Part shown: positions 29,494 through 39,758 of the stretch, in pieces
How the letters are laid out: each line of letters starts with the position of its first letter
How positions within the stretch are numbered: the stretch's first letter is position 1
NCBI GenBank assembly: GCA_963733095.1
Contig: CAVTBV010000012.1
Coordinates: forward strand, 256,001 to 320,000
Source: Candidatus Bathyarchaeota archaeon
GTDB lineage: Archaea > Thermoproteota > Bathyarchaeia > Bathyarchaeales > Bathycorpusculaceae
DNA length: 64,000 nt
Direction: 5' to 3'
The notes under the pieces: model-generated
Database searches by the model: none
What the model was told of the DNA's origin: nothing
Seen by the model: only the letters and a program-made list of their open reading frames with translations
Made by a program: the position numbers and the translations under genes

Positions 29494-31167
29494 TTAGTAG
29501 GGCATTCCGCCCATACCGCCCATTCCACCCATGCCTCCCATACCGCCCATTCCTCCTGGGGGCATTGGGGGCATCTTGCTGCCGCCTTTGATGCTGATTA
29601 AGTCGTCGATTTTCAGTATCATGTTGGTTGCTTCGGTTGCAGATTTTATGACTTGCTGTTTAACGCGGAGTGGTTCAATAACCATTTTGTCGCACATGTT
29701 TACAATTTTTCCTGTGGTTACGTCGATGCCGAAGGTTTCGCTCTTTGGCTTCTCATGTTGAGCGCGTAGAGCGACCATTATGTCTATTGGGTCTAAGCCT
29801 GCGTTCTCGGCGAGTGTTAGCGGAATTTCTTCGATTGCGTCTGCGAATGCTTCGACCGCGAGTTGTTCACGTCCGCCGACTTTCACTGCGAAAGCTCGTA
29901 GGTTTTTTGAGAGTTCTGCTTCGGGTGCGCCGCCGCCTGCAACGATTTTTCCATCTTCAATAGCGTTGCGTACTACGCAGAGCCCGTCGTGTAGGCTACG
30001 TTCTGCTTCGTCGATGACGTGGTTGGATGCTCCTCTGATAACGATGGTTACTGCTTTGGGGTTTTTGCAGTCGCGGATGTAGATTAGTTTGTCATCGCCG
30101 ATTTTGACTTCTTCCACGCGTTTAGCCTTGCCAAGAGAGTCAGGGGTCAAGTCTTTTACGCTTGCACCGATGCTGCCGCCTGTGGCACGGGAGAGTTTTT
30201 CCATGTCGCTACTGCTGACGCTCTTAACTGCTAAAACACCTGCTTTACCCAAAAAGTGTAGTACCATGTCGTCGATGCCTTTCTCGCAGAAAATAACGTT
30301 TGCGCCTGACTTAGTAATGGAGGTAACCATGTCTTTTAGCATACGTTCTTCTTCGTCGAGGAACATCTTCATCTGGTCGGGGCTTTCAATGTTGATTTTT
30401 GCGTCAAACTCTGTCTTTTCAATTTCAAGTTTAGCGTTTAACAGGGCGATTTTTGCTCCATCGACAAGTTTGGGCATGCCTGAACTTGCAACTTCCTTGT
30501 CTAAGACCATTCCTTTAACGAGTTCTGTTTCATCTAGACTCTGACCGTGCTTCTTAACGACCTTGATTAGGTCGATGTCCGCAACATATTTTTTGTCAAC
30601 TTTTTCAGAGACCTGTTTTACAGCGTCTACGATTATTTTTGCAAAGTGGTCTTCTGCTACGTTGATGCTTTTGCTTGAGATGGATGTTATTGCTACTTCC
30701 CGAAGTGTTTTTTCGTCTTCAAACGAGATGGGAATTGCGATTTTATCTAAAATTTCCTGCGCTTTCTCAGAGGCTTTCTTGTAACCCTCGATTATGACTG
30801 TTGGGTGTACGTTTTTGTCAAGTAAGCTTTCTGCTTTTGCAAGTAGTTCTCCGGCTAAGATTACTGCGGTTGTAGTGCCGTCGCCTACTTCGTTGTCTTG
30901 GGCTTTTGCTACTTCAACGAGCATCTTTGCCGCTGGATGCTGAACATCAAGCTCTTTCATGATGGTTGCGCCGTCGTTAGTTATGGCGACATCACCCATG
31001 CTGCTGACGAGCATTTTATCCATGCCGCATGGACCAAGCGTTGACTTTACAGCTTCAGCCACCATCTTTGCAGCCATGATGTTGTTTTTTTGTGCTTCGC
31101 GGCCACTTGAGCGGCCTGTACCTTCTTTTAATACTAGAACTGGAATATTTCCTCCACCTTGAGACAT
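29494..31167 (-). CDS. ths: Thermosome (group II chaperonin) subunit
   Basis: TNDGATI, GDGTTT and GGGAPE motifs; C-terminal GGM repeats. Confidence 0.97.
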   Translation of the reverse strand: MSQGGGNIPVLVLKEGTGRSSGREAQKNNIMAAKMVAEAVKSTLGPCGMDKMLVSSMGDVAITNDGATIMKELDVQHPAAKMLVEVAKAQDNEVGDGTTTAVILAGELLAKAESLLDKNVHPTVIIEGYKKASEKAQEILDKIAIPISFEDEKTLREVAITSISSKSINVAEDHFAKIIVDAVKQVSEKVDKKYVADIDLIKVVKKHGQSLDETELVKGMVLDKEVASSGMPKLVDGAKIALLNAKLEIEKTEFDAKINIESPDQMKMFLDEEERMLKDMVTSITKSGANVIFCEKGIDDMVLHFLGKAGVLAVKSVSSSDMEKLSRATGGSIGASVKDLTPDSLGKAKRVEEVKIGDDKLIYIRDCKNPKAVTIVIRGASNHVIDEAERSLHDGLCVVRNAIEDGKIVAGGGAPEAELSKNLRAFAVKVGGREQLAVEAFADAIEEIPLTLAENAGLDPIDIMVALRAQHEKPKSETFGIDVTTGKIVNMCDKMVIEPLRVKQQVIKSATEATNMILKIDDLISIKGGSKMPPMPPGGMGGMGGMGGMGGMGGMPY

Positions 31168-31302
31168 ATTTTTTCACCAAATATTTCCTGTTTGAATTAT
31201 TAGAGATTCTAAACGGAACAATCAGACATTTAGATATAAATTTTTCTCAGAGCTCAAGCCATAAATCGACCAAACAGCAACATCAGAACCACAAAAACAG
31301 GG

Positions 31303-31461
31303 TTAGCTTTCTGTTTCACCCTTTTCGCGCCTCATTCTATTGGTTGTTGCAGCGGCGATGCGTTCAGCATCTTCTTCAGATGCGCCCCGCGCAAGCTCAG
31401 ATTCCTTGATATATTCATACTGCCGTTTTCTCGCATCACTTTCAACGCCTCTCGGAGGCAA
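31303..31461 (-). CDS. 52-aa small helical protein (ChaB/'plasmid stabilization'-like stress microprotein)
   Basis: GGTGGTGA RBS, then TTG: MPPRGVESDARKRQYEYIKESELARGASEEDAERIAAATTNRMRREKGETES*. Confidence 0.65.
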   Translation of the reverse strand: MPPRGVESDARKRQYEYIKESELARGASEEDAERIAAATTNRMRREKGETES

Positions 31462-31499
31462 ACAATCACCACCTAAAAGTATATTTTTTAAAAAAAATC

Positions 31500-31700
31500 T
31501 GAGATTTCACCTGCCATTTGTCGGCAGATTCAGCACACCATCTGCACACTCGAGCACATTCCTTCATGAATTCTTCTTCGAACCTTTCGCAAGTGTCAGA
31601 AAACATTCATCACAAATGTCAGCGGTTATTTCGCATGTCTGCGGATAGTAGGGTGAGTTTCTTAGCATAAAATCCGCGTTTGTGTTGCATATTTTGGCGC
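31500..31700 (-). pseudogene. Remnant of four-helix copper-storage protein (DUF326/YhjQ/Csp3-like)
   Basis: AKICNTNADFMLRNSPYYPQTCEITADICDEC / SDTCERFEEEFMKECARVCRWCAES / RQMAG with two frameshifts and no 5' end. Confidence 0.65.
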
Positions 31701-31864
31701 CCAAAGAAGATTATGAGCGCTTCGGCAAAGTCCCCAACGAAGTTTTTAGCTGTGGCAACGTGGGTTTTGGCGACCGACGCTTCGTGTATTATGGCGGACC
31801 GGACAACGATTCCTGTGCTGCCACGATAAGCATGGATAATGCTCTCTCGCTAATACAACGATAA
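31682..31864 (+). pseudogene. C-terminal remnant of a GH130/DUF377 glycosidase
   Basis: ILAPKEDYERFGKVPNEVFSCG...VYYGGPD matches the family C-terminal blade (PNVVF...YYGxAD); the rest of the gene is absent. Confidence 0.6.
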
Positions 31865-31865
31865 A

Positions 31866-32924
31866 CTATTCTGCCTTGACTATGTGGTAGCCTGAAGCTT
31901 TGCGCAACCTGTTCATTACAGCCAAACCAAGCCCCTCAGAAGAGACGCCCTCCGCGATTATAACATCAACGTTTTCAGCATCAACTTCCCGCAGGAGGCG
32001 AAAAAGGTTTTGGGCAACAGTTGCCAAGTTGGAGCGGCTACCCAGAGATTTGACAACGCCTGCTCGGTAGGAATTTTGGGTTTCGTCTGTGGCGAGGATA
32101 CCTACTTTTTCGCCTTTAAGCCTGTATGATTCGGCTAATTCCTTGACTTTAGCTTTGACTGCTTGAACTTTTCCTTCGACAAGGATTACCTCGGCCTTGG
32201 GCGCATAATGTTTATGCTTCATACCGGGCGACCGAATCTCCTTTAGCGACAACTCCTGTTCGGTTTCTACAAAGGCATGAAGTTTCAGGTCGTCGAGGAC
32301 CTTTTTTAAAGCTTCAAATGGTGTACCCCCGGGGCGTAGAAGCATGGGAGGGTCAACGCTTAGGTCAACGACGGTGGATTCTACGCCTATGTTTGTTGAA
32401 CCACCGTCGAGGATAGCGTCGATTCTGCCGTTTAGGTCTTCAAAAACGTGTTGGGCAGCGGTTGGGCTGGGTTTGCCTGCGAGGTTTGCACTTGGAGCCG
32501 CGATGGGTCGACAGCTTTGCCTGATTAGCTCCAAGGCAACTTTGTGCTGTGGCATTCGGATAGCGATGGTTTCTAAACCTGCAACTGTGACATTTGGAAC
32601 AATTTTTGAGTGCTTGAAAACCAAGGTTAATGGTCCGGGCCAAAACCTATCCATCAGCACCCGAGCCTTTGCAGAAACCTGTTCAACTAACCTGAAGACT
32701 TCCGTGGGATCTGCAACATGGACAATTGGCGGATTATCCAAAGGACGCATCTTAGCCTCAAACAAAGCCAACACCGCCTCAGGGTTTAGTGCGTCAGCGC
32801 CTAAACCATAAACCGTCTCGGTTGGAAATGCCACCAACCCGCCACGCTGAATAATTTCTGCTGTCGTCTGAATTTTTGTTGCATCTGGGTTTTCTGGGTC
32901 AACTTTTAGACAAAGGGTTTTCAT
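31866..32924 (-). CDS. sua5: L-threonylcarbamoyladenylate synthase Sua5
   Basis: VAFPTETVYGLGAD, KMRPLDNP, PSAN and PGMKHKHYAP motifs plus a SUA5 C-terminal domain. Confidence 0.95.
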   Translation of the reverse strand: MKTLCLKVDPENPDATKIQTTAEIIQRGGLVAFPTETVYGLGADALNPEAVLALFEAKMRPLDNPPIVHVADPTEVFRLVEQVSAKARVLMDRFWPGPLTLVFKHSKIVPNVTVAGLETIAIRMPQHKVALELIRQSCRPIAAPSANLAGKPSPTAAQHVFEDLNGRIDAILDGGSTNIGVESTVVDLSVDPPMLLRPGGTPFEALKKVLDDLKLHAFVETEQELSLKEIRSPGMKHKHYAPKAEVILVEGKVQAVKAKVKELAESYRLKGEKVGILATDETQNSYRAGVVKSLGSRSNLATVAQNLFRLLREVDAENVDVIIAEGVSSEGLGLAVMNRLRKASGYHIVKAE

Positions 32925-33415
32925 TTGGGTTGCCTTTTAAGTTCAAGTACAATTGAGGTTTCAACCTGCCGCGAGGGAATATTCCAGTATTTCCTTAGCA
33001 GCTTATTTGTTTCTTGCCTCGAAAGCAACATAAACCCATGTTTTTCGTAGAATTTTATTGCCCATGGCGCGGTTTCCCATGTGCCAACCAGAATTCGTTC
33101 ATTTTTTGCTAAGGGTAGGAGGTGGGTTAGAAGTTTTTCTCCGATGCCCTTGCGCTGGTAACTTGTAAGGGTGTAGGCATGCCTGATAAGGGTAACGTCG
33201 TTGACGGGTTGGATTCCCATCACTGCAATCAAAAGGTTGTTTTCTGTGTAACCATAAAAGTGGACGCCACTATGGATTTCTTCTTTGAGTTCTTGGGGGG
33301 GCATGTAGGGTTCTTTCCATCTGTCTGCGGGAATTTTTCCTCTGTAGGCGATGGCGGCATCGTTAACTACCGTCAAGATAGCCTTGAAGTCATCGTCCGT
33401 TAGTTTGAGAATCAT
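32921..33415 (-). CDS. GNAT family acetyltransferase
   Basis: YQRKGIGEKLL and AIKFYEKHGF motifs. Confidence 0.88.
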   Translation of the reverse strand: MILKLTDDDFKAILTVVNDAAIAYRGKIPADRWKEPYMPPQELKEEIHSGVHFYGYTENNLLIAVMGIQPVNDVTLIRHAYTLTSYQRKGIGEKLLTHLLPLAKNERILVGTWETAPWAIKFYEKHGFMLLSRQETNKLLRKYWNIPSRQVETSIVLELKRQPK

Positions 33416-33437
33416 TTAGCGCCACTTGATGTTGATG

Positions 33438-33809
33438 TTAGATTGCTGTGGGCTCTTTTTGGCTCTCACTCTTAATCAACTTGTCAATCAAATGCATAAA
33501 GAACGCTTGAGCATGCATTTCATTAACCGTCTCGACGTAAACGGAGACCATGGCGATTTTGCCCTTCTTAGAGGCCACATACTCAGCGAACATTCGCGCA
33601 GAAATCATGTTCTTGTCGCCCAAAAGCACAGAGGAAGTAACTGAGCCTAAGAGGTCTTTGGGTTTTGGAACTGCAATTGCCAAGGTGCCTAGTTTGTCTT
33701 CTTTTTCGCTAAGCATAATCATGACAGAGTTTTTTGCTTCCACATATACTGCTAGAAAATTGATGCCTTGTTGTTCAACTTCTTCTTTTATGACTTTGGC
33801 ACGTTCCAC
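33438..33809 (-). CDS. Proteasome assembly chaperone PAC4-like protein
   Basis: LGTLAIAVP...TSSVLLG...ARMFAEYVASKKGKIAMVSV resembles the PAC3/PAC4 fold signature. Confidence 0.55.
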   Translation of the reverse strand: MERAKVIKEEVEQQGINFLAVYVEAKNSVMIMLSEKEDKLGTLAIAVPKPKDLLGSVTSSVLLGDKNMISARMFAEYVASKKGKIAMVSVYVETVNEMHAQAFFMHLIDKLIKSESQKEPTAI

Positions 33810-33984
33810 TTGAACTTCGCCCCTATGTGTGCTTAGTGTTTTTGGTGCTTAAAAAGACTTCATAGCTGCCAACATCAAGCCAAATGATGAATTCACAATG
33901 TTTTCCCATTCATTCTATTTGGAAGCGATTTGGGACAATGCTTAAGGATGGATAAAACCATATTGTATAGGAAGGTTTGAGAGC

Positions 33985-35274
33985 ATGAGTAGCTCTAATT
34001 GGGTTAGGAAATTTTTGGTTCCAGCCTTCCTGATAGCGATTTTAGCAGTCTCCATGTTAGCTGTTTACATGTCAAGTTCTAAAACAAGCGCTGCCAAAAT
34101 TGACCCAAACGCCTACGTCGGTGTTGCTTTTGGAGGAAACACCACAGACGAAGCCGAAGCACTAATCGACAAAGTGCAGACTTACACGAACCTGTTTATC
34201 TTGGACGTTGGCAGAAACCCCATAAGTGAAAACCAATCCAAAGTTGAGGAGATCTGTGATTATGCGGTTGCTCGCAACTTAAGTGTGATTGTTAATGTGG
34301 GAATCAAAGACCAAAGCAACAGTTCTTCGTGGGGTTGGTTTTGGGATCAACCTTCACTTGACGCCATAAAGCAGCATTGGACCGATATGTGGGGAAACAA
34401 GTTCTTGGGTATCTACTACAACGATGAACCGGGCGGGGTTCAACTTGACGCTTCTTGGCGACGATTCTACGAATCCGTTGGAGACAACCTAACAAAAGTC
34501 GACTTCCCCGCTGCAAAATCGCTTGAGGAAATCCGCCTAAAACTGCTCGAGTACATCCAAAACGGAACCAGACCAACACCAGACGACTACGACTTAGAAG
34601 CCAACTTCTTCATACAACAAGTTATCATGGGAGACCCCGGAATCCAAAACCTCACCGCCGCAAACATCACGTCGTTCACCTCGGATTACGGCTTGTACTG
34701 GTGGGATTATATGGGCGGATACAACGTTATGCTTGCCGAGCTTGGCTGGAACGCCAGCGTAGCTGAGCAGATAGATTTAGTTAAAGGCGCAGCAAGGCTG
34801 CAGGATAAAGATTGGGGCACCATGATTACTTGGAAGTATGATACGCCACCATATCTTGACAGCGGAGAACAAATCTACAACCAAATGCTTGAGTCCTACC
34901 AGGCAGGAGCAAAATACATAGCCATATTCAACTACCCCTACAACGGAAGCGCCTATGGGACCCTGACCGATGACCAATTCAATGCGATGCAACAGTTTTG
35001 GAAAGACATAACGACCAAGTCATTTGAGGATTTTAGTGCCCCAGATGCCGCTTTGGTGTTGCCTAAAAACTTCGGTTGGGGGCTGCGTAACCCAAACGAT
35101 ACCATATGGGGCTTCTGGACAACCGACAACCGAACCTTACAAGTTGCCACAGTTACCAGCATGTTGCTAAGCTACTACGGCACCCAACTCGACATAGTAT
35201 ACAACGACCCCCTTTTCCCAACAGCTCATGCTGACTACCAACACATCTACTACTGGAACTCAACAGGTCCCTAA
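33985..35274 (+). CDS. Membrane-anchored extracellular protein of unknown function
   Basis: N-terminal signal/TM; aromatic-rich; GIYYNDEPGG; many NxS/T sequons. Confidence 0.8.
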   Translation: MSSSNWVRKFLVPAFLIAILAVSMLAVYMSSSKTSAAKIDPNAYVGVAFGGNTTDEAEALIDKVQTYTNLFILDVGRNPISENQSKVEEICDYAVARNLSVIVNVGIKDQSNSSSWGWFWDQPSLDAIKQHWTDMWGNKFLGIYYNDEPGGVQLDASWRRFYESVGDNLTKVDFPAAKSLEEIRLKLLEYIQNGTRPTPDDYDLEANFFIQQVIMGDPGIQNLTAANITSFTSDYGLYWWDYMGGYNVMLAELGWNASVAEQIDLVKGAARLQDKDWGTMITWKYDTPPYLDSGEQIYNQMLESYQAGAKYIAIFNYPYNGSAYGTLTDDQFNAMQQFWKDITTKSFEDFSAPDAALVLPKNFGWGLRNPNDTIWGFWTTDNRTLQVATVTSMLLSYYGTQLDIVYNDPLFPTAHADYQHIYYWNSTGP

Positions 35275-35500
35275 GCAACCCTAACCATTTTGCAACTTAG
35301 TGCTGCTGATTATGATGGCGGATTCCACAGCCTGAATGCAACCTTAAATAAACTTACAATAAATCAACACAAGCAGGATAATCTGTTGGTTGTTGTATAG
35401 GGAGCTTTCGGCTACAACTACCAAAGAAAAATACCATTGTTTTGGCTTGGAAATGCTTAATTAAGAGCTTATCTTATTGCTGGTACGGAAGGTATAAAAT

Positions 35501-35875
35501 TTGAGTGACGATATTTCAAAGTTACCGCCTAACGTTCAAGAAAGGCTCTTAAGGCTCCAACAGCTTCAGCAGACTCTGCAGTCGATTTTGGCGCAAAAAC
35601 AGCAGGTTGAAATGGAGAAAACCGAAGTTGACCAAACAATCGCTGAACTGCAGAAAACCGCTGACGACGCAGTCATCTACAAGGCAATAGGCTCCTTGCT
35701 GGTTAAGGCAGAAAAAGCCAAAGTTAACGAGGAACTAGCAGAGCGCAAATCACTACTAGACACCCGAGGCACTGTTATGGCAAGACAAGAAGAGCGCATA
35801 CGCAGCCAAGTTAAAGAAGCGCAAACCAAGCTACAAGAAGACCTAAGCCCCGTCTCTGGTCAACCCCTATCATAG
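35501..35875 (+). CDS. pfdB: Prefoldin beta subunit
   Basis: LPPNVQ...QQLQQTLQ...IYKAIGSLLVK coiled-coil/hairpin. Confidence 0.93.
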   Translation: MSDDISKLPPNVQERLLRLQQLQQTLQSILAQKQQVEMEKTEVDQTIAELQKTADDAVIYKAIGSLLVKAEKAKVNEELAERKSLLDTRGTVMARQEERIRSQVKEAQTKLQEDLSPVSGQPLS

Positions 35876-35881
35876 AGGTGA

Positions 35882-36175
35882 ATGCTTGTGGTTGAGCTCG
35901 GATTTCCAGAGCTAACCACCGAGCAAATCGAACTTTTATGTCAAACAGCCGAAGCAGCCGCCAGAAAATATGTGTTATCCAAGGTTTCCCAAAAAAATGT
36001 TGACCATTTAGACATTAGCGTGGAAGCCGACGGATCCAAACCCGTAAACGTAACAGTTGAAATCAACCTTATCTTAGCCTCCCAAACAAAAGACGTTGAC
36101 GCCGATACATTGGTTAAGGAAGCTGTTGATGTTGCACATAAAGCAATTGAAAACTTTTTGAGAAAGATAAAATGA
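35882..36175 (+). CDS. DUF3194 family protein
   Basis: LTTEQIELLCQTAEAAARKYVLSKV pattern; conserved position after pfdB. Confidence 0.7.
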   Translation: MLVVELGFPELTTEQIELLCQTAEAAARKYVLSKVSQKNVDHLDISVEADGSKPVNVTVEINLILASQTKDVDADTLVKEAVDVAHKAIENFLRKIK

Positions 36176-37167
36176 GCTTCAAAGAACTAATACAGGCTTT
36201 AGAGCAGCATCAGGCATCGTTTGTTCTACTTCTTTGTCATCGAAGTGCAGATGCTGATGCGATTTGTTCAGCTTATGCGTTACAGGGATTGTTGAAGCGG
36301 TTTTTGCCGGATGTGGTTGTTGAGATTGGGTGTCCGCAGGGTGTTAACAAACCGGCTAAGCAACTGTTTGAACACTTGCCCATAACCGTGAACCTTAAAC
36401 CCAACATCGACTCGGCAGAGGTCATCGTTCTCCTAGATATGAACACCGTTGAGCAGCTTGATGAAGTTGCGGATATTATAAAAAAGTCGCCTGCTCCAAA
36501 AATAATCATCGACCACCACGCACCAAGCCCAGAAACCATGCAAATCTGCAAAGTCTGCATGGTGGATGAGAAGGCAGCTGCAAACTGCGAATTGATCTAT
36601 CGGCTATTCAGTCAAGCCGGAGTTGAACCTAACCTCAACGAAGCAAAAGCGTTGTTTGTCGGCATCGCATTTGATACACGTCATTTTGCGTTAGCTAATT
36701 CGCCGACATTTGAGATTCTTGCCAAATTGGTTGCAACGGGGATAGATCCCCAACCAACGTTGGCGTTGTTTGCCATGCCCATCGACCCTTCAGAGCGTAT
36801 GGCTAAGTTGAAGGCTTGCAAGAGAGCAAAAATCGTAAAGGTTGAAGGGTGGATTATTGCGCTTTCGCATGTAAGTGCCTACCAGGCGCCTGCTGCCAAA
36901 TCCTTGGTGGATTTGGGTGCGCATATGTCGGCAGTTGCAGGCAAAAAAAACGGAAAAGTTGAGTTGAGCCTGCGTTGTACGCGTCAGTTTAATGAGCTGG
37001 CAGGTGTCCATTTGGGAGTGGATATTGCTGCGCCGCTGGGGGAGTTCTTGGGCGGTGTGGGCGGAGGCCACGCAATGGCTTCGGGCGTGAGCGGCAAAGG
37101 TGAGATCAATGATGCCCTCAAACAATGCCTCGTGCTTCTGAAACAGAAAATAGCCAAAAATGCGTAG
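36172..37167 (+). CDS. DHH family phosphoesterase
   Basis: HRSADADA, LLD, IIDHH and GGGH motifs. Confidence 0.9.
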   Translation: MSFKELIQALEQHQASFVLLLCHRSADADAICSAYALQGLLKRFLPDVVVEIGCPQGVNKPAKQLFEHLPITVNLKPNIDSAEVIVLLDMNTVEQLDEVADIIKKSPAPKIIIDHHAPSPETMQICKVCMVDEKAAANCELIYRLFSQAGVEPNLNEAKALFVGIAFDTRHFALANSPTFEILAKLVATGIDPQPTLALFAMPIDPSERMAKLKACKRAKIVKVEGWIIALSHVSAYQAPAAKSLVDLGAHMSAVAGKKNGKVELSLRCTRQFNELAGVHLGVDIAAPLGEFLGGVGGGHAMASGVSGKGEINDALKQCLVLLKQKIAKNA

Positions 37168-37216
37168 CTACGCTTAAATGAACAAACTCTAACGCTTAAG
37201 ATAGCAGGCATAAAAA

Positions 37217-38068
37217 ATGGCCATAATTGAAACAAAAAACCTCACCTACTCCTATCCGGGAGCGCCGAAACCGTCGATTGTGGATGTGTCGATTAAGGTG
37301 GAGAAGGGCGAGTTTGTTTTAATTACAGGTCCAAGCGGCTGCGGAAAAACAACGTTGTGCCGAACCTTTAATGGGCTCGTGCCGCATTTTTATCAGGGCG
37401 AGTTAAAAGGCGAAATCTCCGTTGCCGGAATCGATACGCTCACTCATCACACTTACGAAATGGCAAAACACGTCGGTCTAGTATTCCAGAACCCCGAAAA
37501 CCAACTCTTCGCACTATCCATCGAAAAAGACGTCGCGTTCGGCTTGGAAAACGTTGGCGTGCCTAGAGAAGAAATGCGCAGAAAAGTCGATTGGGCACTA
37601 AACCAAACAGGCATCTATGACATACGCGAGCGTTCACCCCACGAAATCTCGGGAGGACAGCAGCAGCGCGTAGCAATTGCATCTGTGCTAGCAATGGAGC
37701 CTGACGTTATCGTACTAGATGAGCCAACTTCTTTTCTTGATCCCCTGAGTGCCGAGAAAATTTTTGAAGTCATCCACAAATTAAACAAGGAACAAGGAAT
37801 CACCGTCATTCTTGTAGAGCACCGTTTGGACCTAACAGCCAAGTACGCTAACCACCTTATTGTTATGGAAGAAGGAAAAGTCCGTTTCGAAGGCGACCCA
37901 CGACAAATCCTCAGCAGTGAAGAAACACGCTTAATCGGTGTGGGAATCCCAAAAGCCACGCTACTGTACCAGATGCTCAAAAAAGAAGGCTTAAGTCTGG
38001 GAGACAAAACGCCGCTGTCTTCTGAGGAATTAGCGGATCAACTGTTGGAGGCACTTAAGCCGCAATGA
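37217..38068 (+). CDS. ecfA1: ECF transporter ATPase EcfA1
   Basis: GPSGCGKT, FQNPENQ, SGGQQQR and LDEP motifs. Confidence 0.9.
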   Translation: MAIIETKNLTYSYPGAPKPSIVDVSIKVEKGEFVLITGPSGCGKTTLCRTFNGLVPHFYQGELKGEISVAGIDTLTHHTYEMAKHVGLVFQNPENQLFALSIEKDVAFGLENVGVPREEMRRKVDWALNQTGIYDIRERSPHEISGGQQQRVAIASVLAMEPDVIVLDEPTSFLDPLSAEKIFEVIHKLNKEQGITVILVEHRLDLTAKYANHLIVMEEGKVRFEGDPRQILSSEETRLIGVGIPKATLLYQMLKKEGLSLGDKTPLSSEELADQLLEALKPQ

Positions 38069-38886
38069 TTGAAGCCCAAGACATACGCTACGCCTACTCC
38101 AACAAAGTTGAAGCCCTAAAAGGTGTCTCATTAACCATAAAAGACGGCGAATTCGTTGCCATAATGGGACAGAACGGCGCAGGAAAATCCACCCTCGTCA
38201 AACACTTCAATGGGCTCCTAAAACCCTCACAAGGCAAAGTCCTCGTTGACGGCGTAGAAACCACAAAGTCAAGCGTAGCAGCCCTGTCCCGAAACGTCGG
38301 CTTCGTCTTCCAGAACCCCGACCACCAACTCTTCAGCGAAACCGTCGAAGAAGAAATCGGGTTTGCCCTCAAAAACTTCGGTTTCACCCCAGAAGTCATC
38401 GAGCAGCGAGTCGTTTGGGCATTGAACCTTCTATCGCTAACACAGTACCGTAAAACATCCCCTTTCCTGCTTAGCGGCGGAGAACGTAAACGTGTGGCAT
38501 TGGCTTCTGTTCTGGCTTGGGATCCGCAAATGTTGGTTCTGGATGAACCTACCATCGGGCAGGACCATGAGCAGAAAGAGAAGTTGCGCCAATTCATTTT
38601 GCAGATGCAAACCCAGAAAAAAACAGTGGTAACCGTCACCCATGATGTGGAGTTTGTGGCGGAATGCAATCCCCGAGTCATATTAATGAAGGAAGGAAAA
38701 ATCGTTGCCGACGGGGAAGGAAAAAAAATCCTCACCGACCCCGCGCTACTGGAGTTGTCATCTATTGTTCTTCCGCAAATCGCGCAGGTCTTCACGAAGC
38801 TGTCGTCTTTGGGTTTCCCAAAAGATGTCATTGACATTTACGAAGCCAAACAAATCATCTTAAAATCAAAGGAGAGACAGGTCTGA
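38065..38886 (+). CDS. ecfA2: ECF transporter ATPase EcfA2
   Basis: GQNGAGKS, FQNPDHQ and LSGGERKR motifs. Confidence 0.9.
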   Translation: MIEAQDIRYAYSNKVEALKGVSLTIKDGEFVAIMGQNGAGKSTLVKHFNGLLKPSQGKVLVDGVETTKSSVAALSRNVGFVFQNPDHQLFSETVEEEIGFALKNFGFTPEVIEQRVVWALNLLSLTQYRKTSPFLLSGGERKRVALASVLAWDPQMLVLDEPTIGQDHEQKEKLRQFILQMQTQKKTVVTVTHDVEFVAECNPRVILMKEGKIVADGEGKKILTDPALLELSSIVLPQIAQVFTKLSSLGFPKDVIDIYEAKQIILKSKERQV

Positions 38887-38887
38887 A

Positions 38888-39676
38888 ATGAGCGTTTTTG
38901 ACGGCTTAAGGTTCAGAAAAGTCTCCTCGCCCATCCACAACTTAGACCCTAGAATAAAATTCGTCTATGTTATAGCCATCTTTGTGGCGGCGATCATTTT
39001 TTCTCAGATTATTCCATTGCTGATTTTGTTCTTCATGCAGGTTCCCTTTGTTCTGTTGGCACGTGTTCAACGGCAGTGGCTGCGGTCGTTGCGTGGAGCG
39101 GCGTTTTTGGCGTTCTTTATTTTCGTGGTTAACGTGGGAACGACCTTTTTCACTTCAGGCTACCACATATATGCTTTCAACATTGAAAATGCGGCGGCGA
39201 TGACTCTGAGGTTTGTCGTGCTTGTCGAATCGTTCTCGGTTTTCTTCTTAACCACTTCACCCGACCACTTAGGCTTAGCCCTAGAGGAATCACGCGTTCC
39301 ATACGAATTCGCCTTCGCATTCACAACCGCCGTCAGATTTGTCCCCGTTCTCGCCGAGGAAGCCCAAACAATCATGGATGCCCAAAAAGCCCGAGGATTG
39401 GAACTAGAAAAGGGCGGCTTGCTCAAACGAATCAGAAACTATGTGCCCGTGCTTATCCCGTTGATTGTCAGCGCCATACGGAGAAGCCTTGAGTTGGCTG
39501 AGGCAATGGAATCCCGGGCTTGGGGTGCAACAAAAAAACGCACCAACCTCTATTTGCTCAAACTACACAGAGGAGACTACGGTTTAGTTGCAATTACCGT
39601 CGGAATATTAATTGTTTCCATTTACATCCGCTTGTTCTTTTTTAGTTTCATTCCAACCATAGCAAGTTTGCTTTAG
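38888..39676 (+). CDS. ecfT: ECF transporter transmembrane component EcfT
   Basis: LDPRIK, RFVP, AQKARG and AMESRA motifs. Confidence 0.92.
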   Translation: MSVFDGLRFRKVSSPIHNLDPRIKFVYVIAIFVAAIIFSQIIPLLILFFMQVPFVLLARVQRQWLRSLRGAAFLAFFIFVVNVGTTFFTSGYHIYAFNIENAAAMTLRFVVLVESFSVFFLTTSPDHLGLALEESRVPYEFAFAFTTAVRFVPVLAEEAQTIMDAQKARGLELEKGGLLKRIRNYVPVLIPLIVSAIRRSLELAEAMESRAWGATKKRTNLYLLKLHRGDYGLVAITVGILIVSIYIRLFFFSFIPTIASLL

Positions 39677-39758
39677 AAATGACCGCTCAGAGTACAATCA
39701 AAGCACTGCAACTTTTAAAAGAGAAAACAACCAGAAACTAACAAGCAGAGAAAATCAA

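Noticed and set aside
29494-29580. Tandem 9-bp repeats
   Set aside because: They encode the ordinary GGM tail of the thermosome.
35295-35340. Possible C/D box sRNA (CTGA-TT-ATGATGG...CTGA)
   Set aside because: No upstream C box, so the motif set is incomplete.
38094-38837. Long antisense ORFs in the track (e.g. 38094-38837, 47555-48184, 30089-30544, 6391-6846, 32344-32811)
   Set aside because: They are shadows of well-supported genes on the opposite strand and have no motifs of their own.
37217-39676. ECF module as a dedicated B12 importer
   Set aside because: No S component is adjacent and the module sits in the pfdB housekeeping run, so the substrate cannot be inferred.
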